A stretch of DNA of 64,000 bases from Pachysolen tannophilus NRRL Y-2460 (Eukaryota). This document shows, one piece after another, positions 54,400 to 64,000 of this stretch. Both the position numbers and the translations under genes were made by a program. The stretch spans positions 1,080,724-1,144,723 of the forward strand of contig KV454011.1 in NCBI GenBank assembly GCA_001661245.1, written 5' to 3'. The first letter of the stretch is position 1, and every line of letters starts with the position of its first letter. A model generated the notes under the pieces. It was not told where the DNA came from and ran no database searches. It saw only the letters and a list, made by a program, of their open reading frames with translations.

Positions 54400-54491
54400 T
54401 TGAAATTGATTGAAGTTTGTTGGGAAAGAAACCAATTATTTGAAACAATTTGATAAGGGGGAAGTAAAGTAGATATTAAAGAGAGAAGAAA

Positions 54492-55611
54492 ATGGTAAGT
54501 TTGAAAATTGGTATTTAGAAATTAGGGTTTTCTTTGATTGATACTAACGGCGTTTCTGTGGGAATAGTTTTCTGGGTTTGCTTCTCAATTTGCACAATTC
54601 AATATACCTTCAAACTATGAGGCATGGTTTAGATGCTATCCAATTGCTATGATGTCTGATTTGATAAGAAAAGAGGATGCTAATTTTGGTGGGAAGATTT
54701 TTTTACCTCCATCATCTTTGAATCAATTGACTCAGTTAAATATAAGGTATCCGATGTTATTTGAATTAGAGAATGAAGCTTTAGGTATTAAGACTCATAG
54801 TGGTGTTTTAGAGTTTGTTGCTGAAGAAGGAAGAGCTTATTTACCACAATGGATGATGGAAACATTACAAGTTCAACCTGGATCGTTAATCAAGGTGGCC
54901 AATGCTGATTTGCCCTCTGGATCATTTGTTAGAATTCAACCTCAATCTGAAGAATTTTTAGATATTTCTGATCCTAAAGCTGTATTAGAAAATTGTTTAA
55001 GAAAATTTTCTACTTTAACAGTTGATGATATTATTCAAATATCTTATAATGAGAAATTATATCATATTAAAGTTTTGGAAGTTAAACCAGAATCTGTTAC
55101 ACATAGTATATGTGTTGTTGAAACTGATTTAGAAACTGATTTTGCTCCACCTCCAGGGTATGAAGAAAAAATGGAAAAATTACAAAAAGAAAATAAGGAA
55201 AGGCTGGCTGCTTTACAAAAAAACCCCAATTCTAATCTGGATATAGCTAACAGGCACGTAGTGACTGAGCTTGGTAGTATTGGTAGTCAAATTAATTATG
55301 ATCAATTATTAGAAAAGGGTAAAAAGGGCAATGAAAAATGGGAAGGTAAAGGTTTTAAATTATCTGGGAAGGGTAAATCCACAGAAAAAATTGAATCTAA
55401 AAATAATAATGCCAATTTTGATAATGTCAAGACTTTGAAATTAGATGGACCTCCAGTTCCACTTAATTTAGAACCTAACGTATTATTTTTCGGATTCCCA
55501 TATATCCCACCTGCACTTGAAGAAAATGAAAAAGATAAACAAGATAGTAAAACTAATGCTTTCCAAGGTGAGGGCCAATCCTTAAGAGTAAACAGAAAAA
55601 GAAAAAAATAG
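54492..55611 (+). CDS. UFD1: Cdc48 cofactor Ufd1; exons 54492-54494 (ATG only) and 54568-55611
   Basis: Spliced M|FSGFASQF..FRCYPIAMM..ANFGGKIFLPPSSL; THSGVLEFVAEEGR; SHP-like FQGEGQSL. Confidence 0.95.
54495..54567 (+). other. UFD1 intron (73 nt) directly after the start codon
   Basis: GTAAGT donor, TACTAAC at 54542-54548, TAG at 54565-54567. Confidence 0.93.
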
Positions 55612-55742
55612 ATTTATATTTATATTTTTTTATTCAAGTCAAGGTTAAGTATATGTATGTAGTATATAAATAATAATAGTAAGCTCTAATAAGCTCTTCT
55701 AGTGAGCCCGCATCAAGCGGCGTAAAGAAAGTAATAAAAAAT

Positions 55743-55752
55743 AAAAAAAAAA
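55743..55752 (-). terminator. Pol III oligo-dT terminator of the tRNA-Lys gene
   Basis: T10 on the minus strand, 8 nt after the tRNA 3' end. Confidence 0.75.
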
Positions 55753-55759
55753 TTAAAAT

Positions 55760-55851
55760 AGCCCGACGCGGGGGTCGAACCCGCAACCTTTTGATATCCA
55801 ATTTTAGAATTTCTTAAGAGTCAAACGCTCTACCGATTGAGCTAGCCAGGC
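55760..55851 (-). tRNA. tRNA-Lys(CTT) with a 19-nt intron (55796-55814)
   Basis: Minus strand GCCTGGCTAGCTCAATCGGTAGAGCGTTTGACT-CTT-A[intron]ATCAAAAGGTTGCGGGTTCGACCCCCGCGTCGGGCT folds into a cloverleaf with A and B boxes; anticodon at 55818-55816. Confidence 0.95.
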
Positions 55852-56490
55852 AAATCTTATGGACCCTTTTAGCTTTGTAGTTCAATTGTTCAATTGCCAC
55901 TAGGCACAGCACAGACACACATTCCAAGGCACACAGAGAGAGTCTGTCGGCTGCTGCCCCCCATCACACGTTTCTTCCGCCTTTTTCAACGGACAAAAAC
56001 AAAAAACAAAGAAAAAAATTTCTTTTCTACCGCGATCATCGGGCTTATCAGAAGTGCCGGCAGATGGCGGAATTCAAACCGAGGAGTTGTGTTGTATCTG
56101 CTGCGTGTGTAATGGCTCGGAGCTAACGCAAGATTTTCAACTCATCGATTCCGAAGAATATTCTTTTTTGTCTAGTAAATGATATATACTAAACAAGTAC
56201 TAAACTGAGTGCCGTTATTATTATTATAATTATTAGTAAACCGTAGTTAGTATTATTATTATTATTATTATTATTATCTTTGAAGGCTGATTATTGTGAA
56301 AACATCCTTTCCTTTTATAACTCCTTTTTTATTTAATATTATTATATATTTAAATTAATCATTTATTAATTTTTTTTTAATTTGCTTTAATATTCACATA
56401 TACATAATTGCATAGTTGCGTACTTTAAAGTACTTTACTTACTTATATATAAATAAGATAAGTAATTAAATTAGATACGGTGGTTATAAG

Positions 56491-58206
56491 ATGAGTTCTA
56501 TAAAAGATAAACTCAATAATTTGACAATGTATGATATAAGACAAGTTTCAAGAAAAGTTCAGAACTTTGTATCTAGTTATTCTGAGTTGGAGAATTTGAT
56601 AAGAGAAGCAACAAATACAGATGGATGGGGTCCTACTTCAAGTCAGGAGATGAAGATTTGTTCTTCGATATTAGCTTCAGTGGGACAAAATACAAGTTCG
56701 GATGAATATAATTATAATGATATTGATTTGAGTCATACTTATGATGAAACTGAAAGTTATTATAATACATTTGATTATGGTAATAATACCGGTAATGTTC
56801 CAGGTAAAGCTATTTTATTTTTTTTTAAAAGAATTGTTGAATATTCAGGTAGTAAAAATATGAATATAATAGGGTTAGTTGGGTTAAATGGTAAGACTAC
56901 AGCAAGTGAGCTGGTATATAATAATTTCAAGAAAAGATATTTAAATTCAGGACAAGAATATAGAATTATATTGAAAAGTCTTCAATTATTGGAATATCTT
57001 TTACTTCATTGTTTTACTCCAAATAATTCATTTGATATAAAACATGAAATAAAACATTATGAATCTGTTTTAAAATATTTGAAAAATAGTTATCAATGTA
57101 CAAATTCTGCTGATCATAAAAATACTCTTCATACCAAATTAATAAAGGAAAAATCTGAAGCTGTCCTTTCCCTAATAGATGATTCAAACTCTGAATTACT
57201 TGCAGAGAAAAGAATAAAACTTTCAAGCGTTGCCAATAAGATAGCATTAGAATCAAATACATCTCTAGCGTTGGAAGTTGGGAATAGAAATAGGAATAAT
57301 AGATCATCATCAACTTCTATTGGTGTTTCGACAAGACCAAGAAGAGAATCTTCATTTTCTTCCTATATAACTCCTGCTGTAGATACAGTAAAAGGTTATA
57401 TCACACCAAAATATAAAGAAAGTAGCGATGGTAATGGTGCTATTCATATTGAAGGTGATGAAGGAGAGCTTAATTATACAAACGGTGACTATAACGATTT
57501 TGATGTTAACAATATTCAATATGAATCTGTTGGTAACAAGAACTATGATGCTAATATTTATCATAAATACAGAGAAAATAATGATTTTATGGACAGTAAT
57601 GACGGAAACGATGAAGAACAAGATGATGATGATGATGATGATGATTTTGGGGAATTGGTTGGTGCAGGAGTTGCTGGTGAGATACCCAGCTCTCTGTCGT
57701 CATTTAGGAATAAGAACAGTACTAACAGCAACAGTAACGGCAACCTGTTAGATTTGTTGTTAATGGATTCTGCTATTCCAACTCCTCGTAGCATCAGTAG
57801 TGGTAATGGCAATGGAAATGTGAATGGAAATGGAAATCTCAAGGTAGACAGTTTTACGCCTCATATGAACACACCATTAAAAGCATATAACAATAACGTA
57901 TTATCGCCATTAACACCAAGATCACCAAACCTGATGGGAGTTGGTCAATTCCCAGTCAGTTCTGGCTCTATTGATTACAAATTACACTCAACTCCAGATA
58001 ATAAAATCTTGGCAGATTTCAGTGCTCCTAAAACTACTCCTGTCAATTACTCGAATATTGGTGTTACTTCAATTTCTGTATCCTCTTCCAATCAACAACA
58101 ACAACAACAACAACTGCAAGAGAAACAACTGCAAACAGCTACCAAAAAAAGTTCATTTTCGTTTTCTGATTTATTAGACGAAGGAAAGAAAATGGCAGGT
58201 AATTGA
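56491..58206 (+). CDS. ENT5: ENTH-domain clathrin adaptor, Ent5-like
   Basis: YDIRQVSRKVQN..IREATNTDGWGPT, SGQEYRIILKSLQLLEYLL, DDDDFGEL acidic motif, LLDLL clathrin box; convergent with GIR2 as in S. cerevisiae. Confidence 0.75.
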   Translation: MSSIKDKLNNLTMYDIRQVSRKVQNFVSSYSELENLIREATNTDGWGPTSSQEMKICSSILASVGQNTSSDEYNYNDIDLSHTYDETESYYNTFDYGNNTGNVPGKAILFFFKRIVEYSGSKNMNIIGLVGLNGKTTASELVYNNFKKRYLNSGQEYRIILKSLQLLEYLLLHCFTPNNSFDIKHEIKHYESVLKYLKNSYQCTNSADHKNTLHTKLIKEKSEAVLSLIDDSNSELLAEKRIKLSSVANKIALESNTSLALEVGNRNRNNRSSSTSIGVSTRPRRESSFSSYITPAVDTVKGYITPKYKESSDGNGAIHIEGDEGELNYTNGDYNDFDVNNIQYESVGNKNYDANIYHKYRENNDFMDSNDGNDEEQDDDDDDDDFGELVGAGVAGEIPSSLSSFRNKNSTNSNSNGNLLDLLLMDSAIPTPRSISSGNGNGNVNGNGNLKVDSFTPHMNTPLKAYNNNVLSPLTPRSPNLMGVGQFPVSSGSIDYKLHSTPDNKILADFSAPKTTPVNYSNIGVTSISVSSSNQQQQQQQLQEKQLQTATKKSSFSFSDLLDEGKKMAGN

Positions 58207-58361
58207 AAATAGCAAATACAGAATCATATTAATTAATATATATATGTATATATATATATATAACATAGTGCCTTTATATGAATTTTATTTTTATTCTTTT
58301 TACCTTTGATAAAAAAGCTCAAATATTATATTTTTATTCCTTTTATTTATATCAGATGCAT

Positions 58362-59165
58362 TCAAATTTCTAGTTTCTCTACACCTTTCTCTAAACTAGG
58401 GACATCGCCTGAGTTAACATCTTCATCCACACCTTTAGCCAAACCTTTTTCAAATATCTCTTTACCAGTCATCTTTCCCTGGTGGATTTCATTGAATCTA
58501 TTCAGTAATTTCTCATCTATTTTCATTTCCTTTCTAAATTTCTCCCTCCAAGCCTTAAAACTCTCAGGAGTAACTTTTGTACCTATAAATTTCTTTTGTG
58601 CTTCTAACTCTTTCTTGTATATCATTTCATCATATTCTTTTTGAGCCTTGTTCAATTTATCTTGGAAAAGTATTTCTGCTTCATCTTTTAAAGAAGATGT
58701 TAAGGCAAATATACTAGGCATTCCCACATTTTGCAGAGCTTCCTCTATCACTTTATTCAACAACAATTGTGTATCGTCATCATCAAAAAATATGGTTTCC
58801 GATAAATTTATCAGACTTCTATGCCCATTTTCTTCATCTTCATAATCGTCATCATCATCATCATCGTCATCATCATTGTAATAATCATTCTCATCAGCCT
58901 CATCATCCGTATCCTCATCGAAACCATCTTCTCCATTCAAACCAAGTAAATGTGACTTCCCTCCCACTAGCACATCGAGATCTGGCATCACTTCAGGATA
59001 ATTATCAGGGTACTTCACATGAAGTAGCACACTATGTTTCTTCTCCGATTCTGTATCTAACAATATACGAATAGTAAACTCTTTATCGTTTATTTTTTTC
59101 AACTCATCAGGATAAATCGACTCTAAAATCTCCAACTCCTGTTTCTGCTCCTCAGCTGGATCCAT
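58362..59165 (-). CDS. GIR2: RWD-domain protein Gir2 (DFRP2)
   Basis: EEQKQELEILESIYPDEL, YPDNYPEVMP, GMPSIFAL, FIGTKVTPESFKAWREKF, MTGKEIFE. Confidence 0.92.
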   Translation of the reverse strand: MDPAEEQKQELEILESIYPDELKKINDKEFTIRILLDTESEKKHSVLLHVKYPDNYPEVMPDLDVLVGGKSHLLGLNGEDGFDEDTDDEADENDYYNDDDDDDDDDDYEDEENGHRSLINLSETIFFDDDDTQLLLNKVIEEALQNVGMPSIFALTSSLKDEAEILFQDKLNKAQKEYDEMIYKKELEAQKKFIGTKVTPESFKAWREKFRKEMKIDEKLLNRFNEIHQGKMTGKEIFEKGLAKGVDEDVNSGDVPSLEKGVEKLEI

Positions 59166-59296
59166 GATAGCTTAATATATTTGATCAATATTCCTTTCTT
59201 TTGATTCTTATTCTTGTTATTATTATAATTATAATTATAATTATCAACACTTTTCTTTCTTCCAGATATAATACGAAGAATCAAAAAATGTCTAAA

Positions 59297-59327
<31 letters not shown>

Positions 59328-59329
59328 GC

Positions 59330-59346
59330 AATTTTTCAGATGAGCT
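59330..59346. promoter_or_regulatory. Adjacent RRPE and PAC elements in the GIR2/ACL4 bidirectional promoter
   Basis: AATTTTTCA (reverse complement TGAAAAATT) at 59330-59338 abuts GATGAGCT at 59339-59346, next to a T27 tract. Confidence 0.7.
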
Positions 59347-59414
59347 GAACATTTCAATCTTTAAATATTTTAACTAATAATAATCATAAATTAGAATACG
59401 AAAAACTTGAGAAA

Positions 59415-60554
59415 ATGACCTCAGCTTCCGAATTGGAAACGCTTCTATTGACATCAAGAGCTTTACTTTCTTCTCATCAGCCGGAACTTGCGTTGGCAAC
59501 ACTCAAGCCTCATCTGGATTCTTATTCTTTGAGTGTTCCATTTTTACAGCAATATGGTGAAACACTTTTAGAGAACTCGGAGTTGGAAGAAGCTTATGAT
59601 GTGTTGGCACAGGCATGTGAATATGATCCACAAGCTGCCGTAGGTGTTGAGAAATTTTTGTACCTTGGTCAAATCATTGGTGGTAGAGATGGGTTGAATT
59701 TTTTGAATGTTGGTTTAAACAAGTTGTTATTAGATTTAGAAACAAATAGTGTTAATGATGCTTTAGCGGAGAAGAAATCTTTGATCAAGAAATTGAACCA
59801 AGGGATTTTCGCTGAGATTGAGATATGGATGACTGATTTGTGTATGGAAGAAGAGGCTGAACAACAATGTAATGATTTGATTAACAAGTCATTAGAGTTC
59901 GATAATGAAAATCCAGAAGCATGGTCCACTTTAGCAAGTATTAGGATATCACAACAAAGAAACGATGATGCTATTACAGCTGTAAATAGTGCTTGGGAAT
60001 TATTTTTACAGAAGAAAACTCTGTTGGAAAGTGCTTCTAATAATCTGACTGGAGGAGAAGAAGAAGAAGAAGCAAGTGCAGAATATTTTGAATTAATACA
60101 ACTGTTATTAACCCTTGCAAAATATGCTATTGAGTTGGAAATGTTTGAAATTTCACTTCAGATAGTGGCGAATGTTCAGGATATTAATGAGAAATGTTTG
60201 GAGAGTTATTATTTGGAAGGATTTGTCAATTACTTGATTGCCAAGAGAATTCAAAATAATATACAATCAGATAGTGATGTTAAGATTGGAGAAATATATA
60301 TGGATTTACCGCCATTGGATTTGAATAGGGAAAATGATGAAGAATCGAAAACTTACATTGATGATGCTCGTTTAGCGCTAAGTAGTGGGTATAAATTATT
60401 ACAAATTGATAGTGATGAAGAAGAAATTGATCCAGAAATTAAAGAAATGATACAGGTGTTATTAAAAGAAGTTGGTGGTTTTACTAGAAAGACAAGAAAT
60501 GAAAACAATGTCAATGAAGAGAATTGGGAAGAAGAAATTGAAATGGATGATTAA
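59415..60554 (+). CDS. ACL4: Assembly chaperone of Rpl4, Acl4 (TPR)
   Basis: EKFLYLGQIIGGRDG, EIWMTDLCMEEEAEQQC, NPEAWSTLASIRISQQR. Confidence 0.9.
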   Translation: MTSASELETLLLTSRALLSSHQPELALATLKPHLDSYSLSVPFLQQYGETLLENSELEEAYDVLAQACEYDPQAAVGVEKFLYLGQIIGGRDGLNFLNVGLNKLLLDLETNSVNDALAEKKSLIKKLNQGIFAEIEIWMTDLCMEEEAEQQCNDLINKSLEFDNENPEAWSTLASIRISQQRNDDAITAVNSAWELFLQKKTLLESASNNLTGGEEEEEASAEYFELIQLLLTLAKYAIELEMFEISLQIVANVQDINEKCLESYYLEGFVNYLIAKRIQNNIQSDSDVKIGEIYMDLPPLDLNRENDEESKTYIDDARLALSSGYKLLQIDSDEEEIDPEIKEMIQVLLKEVGGFTRKTRNENNVNEENWEEEIEMDD

Positions 60555-61032
60555 ACAAAATGTTATGTAAATGAATCATTTTTATTTATATATATATAAA
60601 GCAAAAACGAATGTAAACTTTTAAATTTAGAAATAAAGGAAAAATAATTGAATTGAAATTTTCTTTTTTTTTTTTTTTCTTTTGATGATATGTTCCTTTT
60701 CCATGATGAGTTGAACCAAAGCACCCTATAGCAAAAATTAAATAACATGATTAAAAAAAAAAAAAAAGAAAAACCACCATAGTTAGGAATAAAAATAGAA
60801 ACACTGTTTCAATTCTCTGTTGATGAGGAACTTTCTGACAAACCACCTGCAAACAACAACAACAACAACAAAATGAAAATGAAAATGAAAATAAATGAGA
60901 ACAGAAATAAACAAAACTGAATCTAAAAACCAAATATTTGTAACTACAAAGCAACAACAAGTAAAACTTTATAAAAAATAAGTATGTATAGTACAAAATC
61001 TAAAGATATGAATAATAAAGAGAAACTTTCTA

Positions 61033-62010
61033 TCAGCAAGGCTCTTGATTGCGCATCTTTATCTCTTTTTCTTCTTCTTCTTCTTCTTCTTCCTCCTCAT
61101 CTACCCAATCGCTTTCATTGCCATCGACAATATCATCTTGTAAAATTTCTGGTAAAAATGGTCTTGCTTCATCTTCTATCCGGTTACTACTTTTCGTAAT
61201 ACCGGCACCACCATGCTCTCCATGAATCCCATCTTCCTCATATTCTTCCCCAAGATCATCATCTGCATCTCCAATGAATTCGACATACTCTTCGGGTATC
61301 AATCCGGTATCGCCAGTTTCTGGATCATGAGCTACAAGCCACCCTTGACCATATTTATAATTTATTATCACTATTTGATTTTCAGTCAACTTCAACTCAT
61401 TATCATTTTCTGGATCAAAAGAATATAATGCAACAGCCTTCTTGTTCAATATGTCGTCGTAATTATCGTAATTATCGTCATCATTTCCATCATCTTCATC
61501 TTCATCGTCATCATTATCATAATCTTGTTCAAAAGAGGAACCTTTGGTATAACCAACTGTTGAATGATCAGCAACTCCACTTCTACCAGAATATTGTGTT
61601 GACCATGGCGGAAGATCACGTTCAAAGCTCCCATTTGCATTGGCATACCCATGATCAACGTTTCCATCGCCACCAATAGTTATACCATAATGTAATGGAT
61701 CTTTTTCAGAATAAGCAAAATCTTTAACCGACGTATACGACAAAGAACCTACAGGTTTTTGTAATTTATATATTATCTCCTGTGGTTCCCTTCTATCTTC
61801 ATCCAATTGATCCTCCTGATAACGTTGATTTTCCTGCTGACAATACCCCATTTTCGTTTTTCCAACTTCTTCTTCTTCATTATTATTATCATTATCATTA
61901 TAATTTTTATTTTCTCTTTGTCTTTCAAGAGGCGGCAGTGTCGATATCATATCTACTTTTGAATTTTGTTGCAACAACTGTAAGTTCAGTTTCTCATCTA
62001 CTATCGACAT
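61033..62010 (-). CDS. NBP2: HOG-pathway adaptor Nbp2 (SH3)
   Basis: SVKDFAYSEKDPLHYG motif and SH3 (KAVALYSFDPENDNEL..YGQGWLVA..TGLIPEEYV); lies between ACL4 and CWC15 as in S. cerevisiae. Confidence 0.88.
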   Translation of the reverse strand: MSIVDEKLNLQLLQQNSKVDMISTLPPLERQRENKNYNDNDNNNEEEEVGKTKMGYCQQENQRYQEDQLDEDRREPQEIIYKLQKPVGSLSYTSVKDFAYSEKDPLHYGITIGGDGNVDHGYANANGSFERDLPPWSTQYSGRSGVADHSTVGYTKGSSFEQDYDNDDDEDEDDGNDDDNYDNYDDILNKKAVALYSFDPENDNELKLTENQIVIINYKYGQGWLVAHDPETGDTGLIPEEYVEFIGDADDDLGEEYEEDGIHGEHGGAGITKSSNRIEDEARPFLPEILQDDIVDGNESDWVDEEEEEEEEEEKEIKMRNQEPC

Positions 62011-62277
62011 TCTCTTCTTCTCCGTAATTCTTTTCTTCTAAAAAACAAATGAATATTCTCCCTATTACTGTTTTAATTTTCGATTTAAATTTTAATATAA
62101 TATTTTCATCTATAATAATAGATCTATCTATAAGAGAATCTGTTTTTTCTTTTTTTTTCTTTTTTTCTTTTTTTTTTTTTTTTTTTTTGAGTTATTTTTT
62201 TTTTATTTTATTTTTTGTTAACTAATTAAAAATTAGATGAACAATTTAAATATATTTTATTATATATGGATTAATAG

Positions 62278-63075
62278 ATGACTACTGCTCATAGACCGAC
62301 GTTTGACCATGCCAAAGGTGTGAAGAATCAAAACAAGACTTCTATAGTTCATGCGAGATCGTTGCCGGCTCATCGACAGTTGAAATTTAGGAAAAGAAGA
62401 TTACAAGCAGAAGAAGAAGAAGAAGATGGTGATGATGAAGAATTTAAAACTTTAAATGTTGATTTAAATAAAGCTAAGAAATCTGCTCTGGAATTCAAGT
62501 TAGAATTATTGCTGAAGGAGCAAAAGTATTATAAGGAGAACAATAAATTGTATAAAGATAGGTATTTGAGGAATGATTCAGATGAGCATGAAGAGACTTT
62601 GATGATTGAAGCTAATGGCGGTAGTGAAGAAACGTTTGAACAAAGAAGGCAAAAATTATTGGAAGAAACAAGGGATGTTGATGCTTCATCGAGTGAGGAG
62701 GAGGACGACGATAACGATAACGAGGAGGAAGAACCTGAAGAACCCGAAGAAGAAGAAGAAGAAGAAGAAGAACAAGAGGGTAGTTCAGAATCTGAGGATG
62801 ATTCTGAAGATGAGACTGAGCAATTAATGAAAGAGCTTGCCAAGATTAAAAAAGAACGAGAACAAGAAAAATTGCTGCTGGCAAAAGAGCTGCAAGAACG
62901 TGAGATGATGGGCAAGAATCCATTACTAAACAATAATTCCAATGGGAGAAGTTGGAGGAATGAGACAGTTTTCCAAAAACAAAATAAAATTGGTGGGAAT
63001 AAAGAAGATGGGTTTGTTAATGATTTGTTAAGAAATGAATTCCACAAGAAATTCATGGATAGGTTTATAAAATAA
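62278..63075 (+). CDS. CWC15: Pre-mRNA splicing factor Cwc15
   Basis: MTTAHRPTFDHAKG, LMKELAKIKKER, NPLLN, FVNDLLRNEFHKKFMDRFIK. Confidence 0.95.
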   Translation: MTTAHRPTFDHAKGVKNQNKTSIVHARSLPAHRQLKFRKRRLQAEEEEEDGDDEEFKTLNVDLNKAKKSALEFKLELLLKEQKYYKENNKLYKDRYLRNDSDEHEETLMIEANGGSEETFEQRRQKLLEETRDVDASSSEEEDDDNDNEEEEPEEPEEEEEEEEEQEGSSESEDDSEDETEQLMKELAKIKKEREQEKLLLAKELQEREMMGKNPLLNNNSNGRSWRNETVFQKQNKIGGNKEDGFVNDLLRNEFHKKFMDRFIK

Positions 63076-63218
63076 ATAAATAAATACAATTCTTGAATCT
63101 TTTTTTTTTTTTAATGAATAATGATTATTGATTTTGCTTTTGTTTTTTTTTATAAATATATATATATATGTAAAAGTATCTGAATAAGTTAACAAATGTG
63201 TGTAGGAAAAATATTTAT

Positions 63219-63750
63219 TTATTTATTGACAACAATGATATTATCCAATTCATCTTTTTCAAATGCTTCAGCTTCAGCTTCTAAAATGAAAGGAGTCAAA
63301 TATGGAACATCTTCATCTAATTTTAAAACTTTTGATTTTGGTAATAACTGGTGAGACATTGCCAATTGTTGGGCGGTTAAAATTCTATAATTTCTAGCAT
63401 ATGTTTCAGAATTTGGTAATCTATGAATAGCCTTTTGCATAATTGGGGTTTCTTCAATCAATATATCATCCAATCTATAAATATAAATATAACCGCTGTT
63501 AGTAAAAACAATCTTTTTTTTTTCAAAAAAACAAATAAAAAAAAAAACCAAATCCACTTATTATATCTCTTATCTATATACCACAAGTTTCATTCATTTT
63601 AATTTTAATTTTAATTACTCACCTTAAACCCATTTCTCTGTAACCAGCCAAGTGAACAAACACTTTTGAAGCTGGAACAAAAAGAGATCTCAAGACAGGA
63701 GTCTTTAATATATAGTCACACTGCTTAACAACCGATGTTAATGAAGCCAT
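63219..63750 (-). CDS. QCR7: Cytochrome bc1 subunit 7; exons 63750-63623 and 63474-63219; 127 aa
   Basis: Spliced MASLTSVVKQCDYILKTPVL..LAGYREMGLR|LDDILIEETPIMQKAIHRLP..YARNYRI..DVPYLTPFI. Confidence 0.93.
63475..63622 (-). other. QCR7 intron (148 nt)
   Basis: GTGAGT donor, TACTAAC at 63504-63498, TAG acceptor, phase 2. Confidence 0.92.
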
Positions 63751-63918
63751 TTCTATCACAATATGAATATCAATATCAATATTAAATTATAATATAATAT
63801 AATATAATTTAATAATAATAATTATAATATAGTTAATAGATATTGTTAATAATGCTATTTTTTCTCTTTTTCTTGTTCTTTTACCGTCTTGAGCTTTGTT
63901 GTAATTTGGAAAAGTTTT

Positions 63919-63923
63919 ATTGG
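63919..63923 (-). promoter_or_regulatory. CCAAT box (Hap complex) upstream of QCR7
   Basis: AACCAATAA on the minus strand about 170 nt upstream of the ATG of a respiratory gene; short motif. Confidence 0.35.
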
Positions 63924-64000
63924 TTGTGCTATTGACACGGGGCTGCCACTAGAGAAAAACAGTAAAAAAAAAAGATAAAATTGACAGAACTAAAATTAGT

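Noticed and set aside
60703..60838. ATGATGA ... CTGA resembling a C/D box snoRNA between ACL4 and NBP2
   Set aside because: No terminal stem, no rRNA guide I could recognise, and it spans poly-A in a convergent 3' UTR region.
62529..63089. 186-aa Ser-rich antisense ORF over CWC15
   Set aside because: Reverse complement of Glu/Asp codon runs, with no independent motif.
1..64000. Transposons, LTRs, CRISPR arrays, rDNA, NUMTs or horizontally acquired clusters
   Set aside because: None seen. Every long ORF is a conserved yeast housekeeping gene and no long direct or terminal repeats were apparent by eye.

Overview
AT-rich, gene-dense nuclear DNA from a budding yeast (Saccharomycotina). I find 23 recognisable protein genes: CAN1-like, FUS1, SKG3/CAF120, SWI6, VTA1, BNI1, SEC2, AVT2, TOF1, RRT12, HAP3, CLN3-like, SLP1, TAF2, PIK1, IST1, TFC4, UFD1, ENT5, GIR2, ACL4, NBP2 and CWC15, plus a spliced QCR7 at the right end. 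There is one intron-containing tRNA-Lys(CTT). Six spliceosomal introns, which the ORF track misses, can be reconstructed in RRT12, HAP3, IST1 (two), UFD1 and QCR7. No transposon, CRISPR array, rDNA or horizontally acquired cluster is visible. The main window-wide signal is that in-frame CTG codons sit at Ala-type positions, so the organism probably decodes CUG as Ala (Pachysolen/Nakazawaea/Peterozyma-type code) and the supplied translations are wrong at those codons. Other points worth checking are two introns that need AAG acceptors, a Swi6 with an intact KilA-N domain, MCB boxes at cell-cycle genes, recurrent GGCGG-box arrays, Ste12 sites at FUS1, and synteny with genes near MAT in Saccharomycetaceae. 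All gene calls are from remembered motifs and synteny; no database search was run. I found no clearly new multi-gene system.
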